63,350 nucleotides of DNA from Harriotta raleighana (taxonomy: Eukaryota), in NCBI GenBank assembly GCA_050575255.1, contig JBNZDD010013727.1, positions 4,117,175-4,180,524 on the forward strand, in the 5' to 3' direction. Made by a program: the position numbers and the translations under genes. This document shows positions 24,485 to 37,067 of this stretch, piece after piece. The stretch's first letter is position 1. Each line of letters opens with the position of its first letter. The notes beneath the pieces were generated by a model. The model ran no database searches. It had not been told where the DNA came from and saw only the letters and a program-made list of their open reading frames with translations.

Positions 24485-26493
24485 AGGAAGCACAGATCTA
24501 GCTAGTGTTGGAAACACTGACAGTTCTGTGTCTTGCTTCTGATTTTAAAACTGTATCCCAATGTAAAGATCGCTTTACAAGAGGGAGGTAAAGAGCTGTT
24601 ACTACCTAATCTATCAATTCCTTTCATTATTTAAACATTTTCATTATTTTAAATACTTCAATAACCCTAGGCCACTCAGCCTCTCCTCATAGGTAAGTCC
24701 CTCTGACCCATGCATTAATCTGTGAACCTGTAACTGGATACCCTTCCAATATTAGCATATCCTAAAATTGGGTGGCTAAAACTGAATACAGTACAACAAA
24801 ATAAATCTGGCCATCACTCTATTTACTGGAGAAGCACTTGCTTTTATATTTCAGATCTTTTGTTATATAGGACCAACATCTCATTTACCTTATACCATTT
24901 ATAGTACTTTGATTGCTTTTGGGGAACTAGATTTTAACAATCTATGAATTTGTAGCTCTAGATTTTGCTGCCTTCCTAATGCTTGATAATCCATACATTT
25001 GATATAGATTGAGCCTTTCATGTCTGGAGGACATCTCAAAACACTTCACATGATTTACTGTAAAATAAAGTGACTGTATATTTTGTGGTGAACCCAGCAG
25101 CCAGTTTTGCATACAGCAATGTCTCACAACTGCTATGATTTTGGGGGTTGTTGGCTAGGCCTCTAGAGAAACTCACTTTGTGCCACAACATCCATCTGAA
25201 CCTCATTTTTGTGTTTCATTTACAACAATGCAGCACACCCAGCACTGTTTTGGAGTTTCAGACTGGTCTATAGGAGTTGAAACAACAACAAAATTACATT
25301 TCTATAGTGCCTTTCATGTCAGGAGGACATCCCTAGGTACTGAAAGTCCAAAGTGCGGCTTGAATCCACAACCTTCTGACTCAGAGGCAAGTATGCCAAC
25401 TGAACCAGGTTATATGTCTCTTTTTAGAACATGTTTTACTTAATCTGTCTGTTTCCTTGTATTTTTTCTCTCTCCACTTCACAATTTANAGGAAGCACAG
25501 ATCTAGCTAGTGTTGGAAACACTGACAGTTCTGTGTCTTGCTTCTGATTTTAAAACTGTATCCCAATGTAAAGATCGCTTTACAAGAGGGAGGTAAAGAG
25601 CTGTTACTACCTAATCTATCAATTCCTTTCATTATTTAAACATTTTCATTATTTTAAATACTTCAATAACCCTAGGCCACTCAGCCTCTCCTCATAGGTA
25701 AGTCCCTCTGACCCATGCATTAATCTGTGAACCTGTAACTGGATACCCTTCCAATATTAGCATATCCTAAAATTGGGTGGCTAAAACTGAATACAGTACA
25801 ACAAAATAAATCTGGCCATCACTCTATTTACTGGAGAAGCACTTGCTTTTATATTTCAGATCTTTTGTTATATAGGACCAACATCTCATTTACCTTATAC
25901 CATTTATAGTACTTTGATTGCTTTTGGGGAACTAGATTTTAACAATCTATGAATTTGTAGCTCTAGATTTTGCTGCCTTCCTAATGCTTGATAATCCATA
26001 CATTTGATATAGATTGAGCCTTTCATGTCTGGAGGACATCTCAAAACACTTCACATGATTTACTGTAAAATAAAGTGACTGTATATTTTGTGGTGAACCC
26101 AGCAGCCAGTTTTGCATACAGCAATGTCTCACAACTGCTATGATTTTGGGGGTTGTTGGCTAGGCCTCTAGAGAAACTCACTTTGTGCCACAACATCCAT
26201 CTGAACCTCATTTTTGTGTTTCATTTACAACAATGCAGCACACCCAGCACTGTTTTGGAGTTTCAGACTGGTCTATAGGAGTTGAAACAACAACAAAATT
26301 ACATTTCTATAGTGCCTTTCATGTCAGGAGGACATCCCTAGGTACTGAAAGTCCAAAGTGCGGCTTGAATCCACAACCTTCTGACTCAGAGGCAAGTATG
26401 CCAACTGAACCAGGTTATATGTCTCTTTTTAGAACATGTTTTACTTAATCTGTCTGTTTCCTTGTATTTTTTCTCTCTCCACTTCACAATTTA
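24485..26493. other. Probable assembly overlap duplication (1004-bp unit x2) around single N (25489)
   Basis: 24485-25488 repeated at 25490-26493; identical ORFs at offset 1005. Confidence 0.9.
24590..24930 (-). mobile_element. Old CR1-like fragment (repeated at +1005)
   Basis: AGCCTCTCCTCATAGG, GTGAACCT, AAAACTGAATACAGTAC motifs are antisense to the CR1 ORF2 C-terminal region seen at 47.7-48.0 kb. Confidence 0.6.
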
Positions 26494-26809
26494 CAACACT
26501 TCCTAGATTAGTGTCATCCATTAATGTGGACATGATTCCCTCTATTCCTGTGCCAGATCATTTATATACAGGGAGTGTATGAGGCTTCTGTGAGGGAAAG
26601 GGATTCTAAACTTTTTTTAAGAAGTTCAAAATTGTTCTTTAGCTAGTAAATCTATAGGGGAACATTTATGGCAAGAGCATTGACACACAATTGATTGGAA
26701 AAACTTGCTGATCCGTATAATAGTTTATTGCTCTATACTTTCAAGTATCCTTGTTTTCTGTATGTCCTCCTTGGAGGGAGGTAAATGGATTCTCCTTGGA
26801 GTTGAACTG

Positions 26810-27372
26810 ACAAAAATGTCGGAATCAAGCTCTCTGTGGCGGTCTCGACAGTCCAGTTCCCGAGCCAGGCGTGTGTGCAGTATTCTAAGGCACTGCTGGT
26901 ATCAGCCAGTCTGGGTCATCATCAGGAACTGAAAGGGCAAATCATTCACTGGGAGCAAGGAGTCATCCCACTCAGCTACTGTTAACCCTGCAAGCCAAAG
27001 CCTAACTGATAGGGTGGTCCTAGCTGGACAAGCAGCAGGAAAGCTTGACAGAAAGCAATATCAATGGCAAGCTACAAGGATTTAATTGGTTACATTCTAG
27101 TACCCTAACACACACCCTTTGGTCCCCAAGTCTTGGCCGACCTGCACCTAATCCTTTCCAGAATTAAGTAAGCACACACTCTCCAGGGAAAGAGTGTGCA
27201 TTACATTCAAATAATTTATGTCTGAAATTTCCATGTGTAGGTGAGATGCGTGGAAACCTCAGCTTACTTTGGAGACTCTTAAGCATTGTGGTGGATTTCC
27301 GCATGTGTCAGACACCCTGCTGATCAAAAAAAACTGTCAAGACTCCCGGCTGACCAAAGAAATTCTGTGACC
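26810..27372 (+). mobile_element. Unclassified ~600-bp interspersed repeat, partly LF-SINE-like
   Basis: Colinear with 31830-32336, 61375-61990 and 3771-3945 (CAGTCCAGTTCC, TCACTGGGAGCA, CCCACTCAGCT, TCTCCAGGGA(A/G)AGAGTG, ATTTCCATG). Confidence 0.75.
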
Positions 27373-27992
27373 CTTAGAAGACCCTAAACTTTGCTGGCAG
27401 CATTACATTTACTTATCGTAGGCAAACAGGGTTATCCTTTTTTAGCTCCGTAGAAAAAATATGATGTGACTGAAATATGTTTCTCCAAACACAAAATTAG
27501 TAATTAATGAAGCAGGAACATGTGAAACCGACAAGGACTCCAGTCTGGGGAGATCTCAGATTGAAAGAAAACATCTGGAATTTAGTTGTCAAATTGTATT
27601 GAATCATTGATTAACACCGATAATTATTCCATCAACTGTCGCATTTTCCCTTCATATATTTTACACACACACACACATGGAAAGTAACTGCAAATGCTGA
27701 ACAACTGTAGAGCAGGAATATTTGAAGAGTATGCAGAATATCTGTCAGGGATCAGTGAGATTTTGCTTCCCACAAGAAGAGCATAAGTATGCACTATGTA
27801 TATCAAACAGAGATAACAACAAGATAATGATGGAGAAATCTGGCACTTCAATTACACAGCAGCATTTCTGGGAGGCCTATTGAACTTTTTTACAGTACAG
27901 TATTATGCTATTTGTATATATCAGGGCAAGTGGGTCTAAATAGGAGATTGTCATCAATCAGTATCACAGCATTGGTTGAAATAGCATTAGAA

Positions 27993-28138
27993 CAGTGGTG
28001 GCCAACCTCGTAGGTTTGCCAACAAAATAAATATTTCTTGATTGAATATTTCTTGATACAGTACATGGTATAAATCTATGTTATTTTGTTATTTCTATGA
28101 TTATTTTCTTTGTCAACCAAAAAGAATGGCCACCACTG
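27993..28138. mobile_element. Small hAT (Charlie-like) MITE
   Basis: Perfect 12-bp TIR CAGTGGTGGCCA...TGGCCACCACTG; 8-bp flanks CATTAGAA/GTTTAGGT share only TTAG. Confidence 0.65.
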
Positions 28139-28948
28139 GTTTAGGTGATTGCAGATCTATACAACCTTATTTTAATTTTCCTTTGTTCATACAAGTTCAA
28201 CAGTCATCTTAGAGTAATGCGATGTTTATTAATAGAGGAGGGAGGAGGGCTCTGATGGTTATTCAAAGTGAGGTAGTGGCTATTCCTGAAGTATGATCTA
28301 AGAATTGGAATCAAAATTCAAACCACATTCTTGATTTCTTTTTGCTTTTTAATCAAAACTTTAAAGCTGGAAATTTAACAGAGAGATGTCCCTAATAATC
28401 TTTTTTTGTAAAACCCAGGGGGCAGAAAATATGCCTGTGTTTTTTTTTCTATTGGCCTTGCTCTCAGAAATACCCAGAATAAAATCCTGCACTCTGCTGA
28501 AATGTCAGTTTCTTGGCACTCATTCCTGGCAGTCAGGCAAATATTCTGTCCTTTTTATGCTCAGCCCTGCTGTCATTGTGCATAGACACCTGTAACCTTT
28601 GCCCCCTGGAGTGTCTGATGCATTGTACTGTACCCTGAATTGCTGGCAAGCTCTCTGCAGCTGGCAGTTAGATGCACAAGCTCCACTGCACATTAATTTA
28701 AACCTAGAAAGGTCAAACAGTAGGTGAAGTGAAATTGTTGTTTGCATATGCTGATTGTCTACCAATACAGATTGCACGTTCTTTGATTAAAATGTTAAAA
28801 TTACCTCCAATTTGGCGATTAATCACAAAGATAATTATTTTGTTAGTTTGAAGGAATTGCATTATGTTTTTATTTGCATGCCTTTTCTGCTTATCAAGGT
28901 GAATGTTACCAGTGATGGGGGAATGGAATATTTCCAGTTCTAAAGTCA

Positions 28949-29125
28949 AGTATAGGACAGACTAGAGGTAATGCAGAGCTCCCTTTACATTACTCTAGTG
29001 ATATACCTAGACTCCAGTTCTCAAAAGAGAAATGTATGATGCACCAGCATTATTCATTCATTTCACATGCCATTTCACATTGCAGCCTCTTTCAGTGTCA
29101 TAGCCAAGTTAATGTCAGGTTATGC
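28949..29125 (-). mobile_element. LF-SINE-like 3' fragment
   Basis: TGCAGAGCTCCCTTTACATT and CATGCCATTTCACATTGCAGCCTCTTTCAG resemble the antisense LF-SINE 3' half as recalled. Confidence 0.4.
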
Positions 29126-29341
29126 TGAATTATAGAAAGCTATATTCTGTCAATAACTATCCACTGAGAGCTGGGATCTCACTGCCCAAAATCGTTTAAA
29201 AAACTTGCATTTTAGAACTTCCTTTTTTTTATTGGTGCCTTGAGAATCTTAAAGCAATTTTCAGTAATTATTGAGACCTGCAATGAGTTTTTGGCAGACA
29301 AACATGGCTACATTTTAGGGACAGAAAGGTCCCCTAAACAA

Positions 29342-29827
29342 CCTGGGAATACAGGAAGTTCTCTATTTACGTTGGGGAAGGATCCGTGGAAAACGCAATG
29401 TTAGGTGAAACAACTTAAATCAAAATCTATTTTTACCATTAACTTTATGATGCACATTTTGCGATTGCGCGTACATTTAAATTTTCCGTTCTTTCAAAGC
29501 AAAGTTAAAGTGAATCAACACATTTTAAATTGAATCGCGTTCGCTAATTCTCTGGTGACGTTCAAGCGAAAAACGTAAATAATAGCAACATGAATAGAGG
29601 ATGTCTTATACTCAGCAGGTCAGGTAGTATCTCTGAAGAAAGGAAAAGTGAGTCAAAGTTGTGGGTTCACGACCCTTCGTCAGAACTCAATTCTGATGAA
29701 GGATCATGGACCCGAAATGTTGACTCACTTTTCCTTTCTCCATAGATGCTGCCTGACTTGCTGAGTGTTTCCAGCCCCTCTATTTTTGTTTCAGATTTCC
29801 AGCATCTGCAGTATTTTGTGTTTTTGT
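29342..29827. mobile_element. Penelope-type palindromic element with nested MITE and 12-bp TSD
   Basis: Inverted arms 29593-29685 and 29691-29784 around CTCAA; flanked by TCCCCTAAACAA (29330-29341, 29828-29839). Confidence 0.75.
29352..29584. mobile_element. Tigger-like MITE fragment
   Basis: TA-CAGGAAGTTCTCTATTTACGTT left end; AACGTAAATA partial inverted copy on the right; CpG-rich interior. Confidence 0.45.
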
Positions 29828-29844
29828 TCCCCTAAACAAACCTT

Positions 29845-30130
29845 GGAGCTCTGTAGCTCAGTGGTTGAAGCACTCGCCTTACAAGTGATAGTCCCGGCAG
29901 AGTGAAACTTCGGGCAAGTTTCCTTACTTCACATGCCTGATAATAATCCCACAAGAAAAAAATAATAATGAATTGGTCACTTCAATTCACAACTTTTTGT
30001 GGGACTCTACTGTGAGCAATTGCTGCTACGTTTCTCGCACAAATTTACAGTCACTTCACTTTACAGTGTATTCTGTGAAGCGCTTTGAGACTTGAAAAGC
30101 GCTATATGAAATGCAAGGATTATTATTATT
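29845..30130 (+). mobile_element. Young tRNA-derived SINE
   Basis: GGAGCTCTGTAGCTCAGTGG head to AATGCAAGGATTATTATTATT. Confidence 0.88.
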
Positions 30131-31159
30131 CCTCCATAATCTGGAGAATTGTTAACTAGAACACCAGAAGAAACTCTCTTTTTGAATATTTTCAAGAGAT
30201 TATTATCATCTGCCTGAGGACAGGAAAATGGGATCTTGTTTTAATACCTTTTCCAAAATATGTTACCTCTGAAATAGGAGTACTTGCGCTCGAGTCTCAT
30301 TATAAACCTCAGACATTTATTGAAGATCCCAAAGAGAAACCTACAGATAAATACAGTAGTATGATTTGTTTGGTCTAAGTTGCATTCAGTTTCACATACC
30401 AGAAAAGACTCTATTAGAGACAATTCTACTTCCAACACATAGAAGCCCCTGAAATAAATACAACAATCAAATAATAAAATGGATGAAATCCATACATTGG
30501 TCCGGAATCAAATAATTTTTGCAGTAATTGTTACATTAGAAGGTAATATGAGCTTCAGGTAAATAATTATAGTAAATGATAAATGAAAATGATTTGTTTG
30601 TCTTCAAAGATCATTCAATTTTTTCATTAAATACTGCAATTATGCAATTTAAAAAAAAATATTCCATTGGTATTCGAACAGGGTAATAAAAATCACCTAC
30701 ATAACAATAGGTTTCAATCAATCTTGTTACAATAAAGGGAAATTCTTATTGTTTTGTGAACGTCTTCACAATGGAATTTTATACCAACTGGTAAATCCAT
30801 ATTGTAGGATATGCTGCAGAGAAATAGGAACAATTCATTTTTATATAACACTGTTCACATTAGGGGATGACTCAAAATGGATCACATAGCTGATAGGGAG
30901 CCTGGGGTGGATGAGGGATGGGCTGCAGTGCCTGGAGTACAGATTACTGAGAGTGTAGAAAAGGAGTTTATAGGTTGTAGATTGAAAAAAAGTAATTCTT
31001 AAAATGGGATTTGAAAATGAAGAGGGAGGTGGAAAAGAGCGAAGAGGAGCGATTCCTGCTTGGAATTCCAGGGAGCAAGGGCTAAATGCCTGAAAGTTCA
31101 CCGAACAAAGGTATGGTCTTCTATAACACTACCAGATTGTGCATGGGACATGACGTTTC

Positions 31160-31300
31160 TTTGACATTTTTCTTCGACCATGCCTTTGGTCACCTTTCTA
31201 TCCCTGTCCCTGGCCCGGTCCCAGGATCCGCTATTGTGAAGCGCTCTGAGACGCCATCCAGCATGGAAGGCACTCTATAAATCAAAGTTGTTGTTGTTGA
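31160..31300 (+). mobile_element. L2-clade LINE 3' end (repeated at +2018)
   Basis: TTCGACCATGCCTTTGGTCACC...GTGAAGCGCTCTGAGACG...TATAAATCAAA(GTT)n. Confidence 0.75.
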
Positions 31301-31408
31301 TGTTTACTGACTGAGGATGCTGCCAGGTCGGTAGGGTTACAGAAGATCACAGATGTAGAATAGGGCAAGGGTATTGAGGGATTTGAATGTGAGGATGGGG
31401 ATCTTGAC

Positions 31409-31812
31409 CATTTGGCCCATCGTGTCTTTGCTGGCTTTTTGAAAGAGCTGTCCAAATTATTCCTACCCCCTGCGCTCTCTCCATAGCCCTGCAAATTTCT
31501 CTGCCCCATTTATCTATCTACTTTTCTCTTGAAAGTTGTTATCAAATTGGCATCCACCATCCTTTCCAGCAATGCATTCTTGATCTGAACAACTTGATGT
31601 ATGAAAAAAAGTTCTTACCTTCCCTCTGGTTCTTTTAGCAACTATTTCAAATCTATATCCTCTGGTACTGACCCACCAGCTAGTGGAAAGAATTTCTCCC
31701 TGTTCCCCATATTAAATAAATCTACTCATAATTTTGAACAGCTCTATTAAAGCTCCCCTTATTCTTCTCTGCTCCAAGGAGAATAATCCTAGCTTCTCTA
31801 GCTTCTCCTCAT
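31409..31812 (-). mobile_element. CR1 3' fragment (repeated at +2018)
   Basis: Colinear with the young CR1 at 62938-63340. Confidence 0.8.
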
Positions 31813-31829
31813 AATATGTTTGGCGAGGG

Positions 31830-32336
31830 ACTGTCAGAATCTAGCCAATGCTCTGTGATAATCTCAGTAGTCCAGTTCCTGAGCAGGCAGGTCCACAGTA
31901 TTCCAGGGTATTGCTGATGACAGCCCAGCCATAATGTCTCAACAACAGAACATGGAAGGGCAGATCAGTCACTGGGAGCAGAGATTCTTCCCACTCAGCT
32001 CCTGTTAATCCTGACAGGCAGGATGGTCCTATTTTGACAAGCAACAGGAAATGCTTGCCAAGATAGCGCTTTTAGCAGCAAGCTTTTAGTGGTTCTAGCC
32101 GAATAGATTCCAGCAGTACCTCAACACACAAGCTGGTGTCCCAAGACTTGGTTCTTGCCAATTAACCTAATAATGTACTCTCCAAATTAGGTAAGTAGGA
32201 TGCACTTCTCCAGGGAGAGAGTGCACATTCCGTTCCAATTTATATCTCAGGAATTTCCATGGCTAGATGGGATGCATGGAATACTCAGTTTGGTTTAGAT
32301 ACTTCCATGTATGGTAATGGGTTTCCTCATACAGCA
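31830..32336 (+). mobile_element. Unclassified ~600-bp repeat family copy (repeated 33848-34385)
   Basis: Colinear with 26810-27372. Confidence 0.75.
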
Positions 32337-35244
32337 NNNNNNNNNNNNNNNNNNNNNNNNNNNNNNNNNNNNNNNNNNNNNNNNNNNNNNNNNNNNNNNN
32401 NNNNNNNNNNNNNNNNNNNNNNNNNNNNNNNNNNNNNNNNNNNNNNNNNNNNNNNNNNNNNNNNNNNNNNNNNNNNNNNNNNNNNNNNNNNNNNNNNNNN
32501 NNNNNNNNNNNNNNNNNNNNNNNNNNNNNNNNNNNNNNNNNNNNNNNNNNNNNNNNNNNNNNNNNNNNNNNNNNNNNNNNNNNNNNNNNNNNNNNNNNNN
32601 NNNNNNNNNNNNNNNNNNNNNNNNNNNNNNNNNNNNNNNNNNNNNNNNNNNNNNNNNNNNNNNNNNNNNNNNNNNNNNNTTCCATTGGTATTCGAACAGG
32701 GTAATAAAAATCACCTACATAACAATAGGTTTCAATCAATCTTGTTACAATAAAGGGAAATTCTTATTGTTTTGTGAACGTCTTCACAATGGAATTTTAT
32801 ACCAACTGGTAAATCCATATTGTAGGATATGCTGCAAAGAAATAGGAACAATTCATTTTTATATAACACTGTTCACATTAGGGGATGACTCAAAATGGAT
32901 CACATAGCTGATAGGGAGCCTGGGGTGGATGAGGGATGGGCTGCAGTGCCTGGAGTACAGATTACTGAGAGTGTAGAAAAGGAGTTTATAGGTTGTAGAT
33001 TGAAAAAAAGTAATTCTTAAAATGGGATTTGAAAATGAAGAGGGAGGTGGAAAAGAGCGAAGAGGAGCGATTCCTGCTTGGAATTCCAGGGAGCAAGGGC
33101 TAAATGCCTGAAAGTTCACCGAACAAAGGTATGGTCTTCTATAACACTACCAGATTGTGCATGGGACATGACGTTTCTTTGACATTTTTCTTCGACCATG
33201 CCTTTGGTCACCTTTCTATCCCTGTCCCTGGCCCGGTCCCAGGATCCGCTATTGTGAAGCGCTCTGAGACGCCATCCAGCATGGAAGGCACTCTATAAAT
33301 CAAAGTTGTTGTTGTTGATGTTTACTGACTGAGGATGCTGCCAGGTCGGTAGGGTTACAGAAGATCACAGATGTAGAATAGGGCAAGGGTATTGAGGGAT
33401 TTGAATGTGAGGATGGGGATCTTGACCATTTGGCCCATCGTGTCTTTGCTGGCTTTTTGAAAGAGCTGTCCAAATTATTCCTACCCCCTGCGCTCTCTCC
33501 ATAGCCCTGCAAATTTCTCTGCCCCATTTATCTATCTACTTTTCTCTTGAAAGTTGTTATCAAATTGGCATCCACCATCCTTTCCAGCAATGCATTCTTG
33601 ATCTGAACAACTTGATGTATGAAAAAAAGTTCTTACCTTCCCTCTGGTTCTTTTAGCAACTATTTCAAATCTATATCCTCTGGTACTGACCCACCAGCTA
33701 GTGGAAAGAATTTCTCCCTGTTCCCCATATTAAATAAATCTACTCATAATTTTGAACAGCTCTATTAAAGCTCCCCTTATTCTTCTCTGCTCCAAGGAGA
33801 ATAATCCTAGCTTCTCTAGCTTCTCCTCATAATATGTTTGGCGAGGGACTGTCAGAATCTAGCCAATGCTCTGTGATAATCTCAGTAGTCCAGTTCCTGA
33901 GCAGGCAGGTCCACAGTATTCCAGGGTATTGCTGATGACAGCCCAGCCATAATGTCTCAACAACAGAACATGGAAGGGCAGATCAGTCACTGGGAGCAGA
34001 GATTCTTCCCACTCAGCTCCTGTTAATCCTGACAGGCAGGATGGTCCTATTTTGACAAGCAACAGGAAATGCTTGCCAAGATAGCGCTTTTAGCAGCAAG
34101 CTTTTAGTGGTTCTAGCCGAATAGATTCCAGCAGTACCTCAACACACAAGCTGGTGTCCCAAGACTTGGTTCTTGCCAATTAACCTAATAATGTACTCTC
34201 CAAATTAGGTAAGTAGGATGCACTTCTCCAGGGAGAGAGTGCACATTCCGTTCCAATTTATATCTCAGGAATTTCCATGGCTAGATGGGATGCATGGAAT
34301 ACTCAGTTTGGTTTAGATACTTCCATGTATGGTAATGGGTTTCCTCATACAGCACACATATACCTGAGCAAAAAAACAAAGAATACATACGAGAGGCATA
34401 AAACTAGTATTCACATACATTGTTGTGTATCAATCATCACTTTTCCTCGATTGGCTTTCCTACAATTGACCTTGTACTTTACTCATGATTAAAGAATGAG
34501 AAACTGCGTAATAAATTAAAAATTGAATTGCGATAATAGTTAATAATAACTTCTTACGTTTGGTTTACCCCTTTTATGTAATAATGACATCTCAAAGCAC
34601 TTCACAGATATTTACTGTAATGTAAAGTAAATGTATATTTCATAGGCAAAATTAAAAGTAAGCTAAACAATATTAATGATGCAAATGTTTAATGTGGTCT
34701 GTTGCTATATTTTGTTCATGGTCTGCTTAGGTCAGATCCCTACTGCAATTGCCAAGAAAAATGTCATGTTGTCAATAGCAAACTACAGTTCAGACAATAG
34801 AGTGCTCTATTTCAGTGGTTATGTGGGAAAATAGCACAACATTTTTAAATTTAGGATTCCTCTAAAATAACCAGACAACCTTCCAATGTCATCTGAAGGA
34901 GAGAAGTAACTCCACAACACATCCCTGGTGCACTGCCAAGCTCCATTTGAAAGCAGACGCAGTTAGGTCTGCATCCCCAGGCAAGTCATTTGAAACATGT
35001 AGCACATTCATTCTTAATAAGGAACAAGTCTGTTCATTTCTCCTGCTTTGGTTAACAATAGCAAATAGAGCATATTAACTTCCTCTGTAATCTATGGGTT
35101 GGTAGTTTGACAGGTTGAAATAACTGATAGAAACAATAACCACAAATGGGATGAGAGCATTTGCTTATCCTTTAGCTCAATTTCATGTACATATATGCAG
35201 TGTGTAGACTAATTGAACATTAGGATAACTTGACACAATTGGAC

Positions 35245-35564
35245 AATAATAACAATCCTTGCATGTGATATAGTGTTTTGCACATCTTCTAGACACCTGA
35301 AAGCGCTTCACTGAATATACAGTACTGTAAAGTGAATTCACTGTATATTTGCGGGTGAAACGTGCAGATATTGGCAGCCAATTGTGCACAGCAGTGTCCC
35401 ACAAACAGTTCTGGATTGAGTGACTAAATTACTATTGTTTTTTAAGCGATTATTATCAGATGTGAAGAGTAAGGAAACTTGTCCAAGGTTTTGCCCTGCC
35501 TGGAATCGAACCCAGGTTTCTCACTTGTATGGCAAGTGCTCTAACTACTGAGTTACAGGACTCC
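35245..35564 (-). mobile_element. Young tRNA-derived SINE, full length
   Basis: Reverse complement of 353-668 family, ends ACAGGACTCC. Confidence 0.9.
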
Positions 35565-36044
35565 ACATAGTCCCAATGGGAACCATAATGGTATGCCGTG
35601 CATTTGTTTATTAATGTCTATACTTATCCTTATCGCCTTTAATCCCTTTCATATTGAGTTATTCATTCAGCTATTTTGAAAGGACTTAATTACAAAATTA
35701 ACTACTTTTGATAGACATTTAGTCTACAAATGAACGCTCTGTGGGGGAAAAATATTTTTCTAATCTTTAGTCTTGCTTGAGGCTTGTTAATTTTCCATTT
35801 GTGTATTCCCTTTCAATGGTCAAAGTTTCAATTAAATAATCTTCTTACATTGCATTATCCACACATATAGCACTTTAAAGATTTACTTTGGAATGTGCCT
35901 TCTCTCAATTTTCTTTTCTTCAAAGAAAACACATTGCTTTGTGTGAGCTTCTGTTCACAACATAAAGCTTCATGTCACATAATTATCCTTACATTTGTCT
36001 TCACCAATGGAGTAATGTCCTTTTCAAATGCTCAATATTATAAT

Positions 36045-36460
36045 CTTACTTCTTGTACATAAAGTCAAAACATCTCTAAAGTGCTTCATGGGTAATTATT
36101 GTCAAACTGCCAAGGGTTGTAATATTTCTTTATGCAAAAGCAGTAGCCAGTTTATAAACAGCAAAGTCTTGCAGATAGCAATGCAATTAATTATTAATTT
36201 CTCTGGAAGATTGTTGGACAATAGAGAGACTCCCTTTTGTTTTCAAATATGGTCTTTTGAATGTCCACTGAAACAGGTGAATGGGATCTCAGTTTAACAT
36301 CTCATCCAACAGACTCTGACAATGTAGCAATTCCCTATAGTTCACTCACGGCGGCTTTCACTCCTACTGGAGTGTCAGTATATTCTTTGAGTCTCAAATC
36401 CTGATGTAGGGCATGAAGTCAACCTTCTGACTGTTGAGATTGTTGCCAACCAAATCAATT
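36045..36460 (-). mobile_element. Old DeuSINE-like element
   Basis: GATCTCAGTTTAACATCTCATCC, CTCTGACAATGTAGCA, AACCTTCTGACT antisense Deu/head blocks. Confidence 0.6.
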
Positions 36461-37067
36461 TGGCATGTATGTGTTTCTTTACAAAGCTATTAAAATAGTT
36501 TTTTTTAATAATCTACTGCAATCTCTTTACACTTTTAATAACTTGTTCTATATACCACGTGACTAAGATTGGATTAGCCTTGTTTACAGCCCCTGAATTA
36601 ACTGGCTATTTTCTCAATCAGATTAATTCAAATATCTGGATGCTCCTATACTGGTTAGCAACCCACATTGCTGAATTTTCTCTATTCATGTTGTACTATT
36701 ACTGGTTGTACTAACTACCGTAATCAATCATTGATAGTGTGAACACCAGGGGATTAGATCCCTACCTCTTTGAGCCTTCTGGGATGCTACCCTGCATGAG
36801 ACGCACTATATAAATGTAAGTAGTTGTCGTTACTTCCTTTACATATCAAATTTGATTCCATTCATTAATTTTCCATTGATTCATTGGATCACACAAAAAA
36901 AAATTTTTTTTGAGTATTTACATTGGCTACCATGTTTACACTAACTTCATTACATTTACATAGAATTATTGTAGCTTCAAGATGCATGACTAAGGTAGTG
37001 AGGAAGTCCCAAAGTTGGTCCCAAACTTGTGGCCACAGGTTGTGGTTATTCACAATGATGGCTTGAT

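Larger units (their letters stand above)
30663..34354. other. Probable assembly overlap duplication (1674-bp unit x2) flanking 344-N gap
   Basis: 30663-32336 repeated at 32681-34354 (offset 2018); one difference noticed (G30819/A32837); Ns 32337-32680. Confidence 0.9.

Noticed and set aside
24485-26493. Recent tandem segmental duplication or LTR pair
   Set aside because: Apparently identical copies joined by a single N, no TG..CA ends; fits contig overlap
32259-32907. 139-198 aa ORFs
   Set aside because: Artefacts of translating the 344-N gap
30663-34354. Two LTRs flanking an unsequenced provirus
   Set aside because: The unit is a patchwork of L2, CR1 and other fragments without LTR termini or TSD and abuts the gap directly
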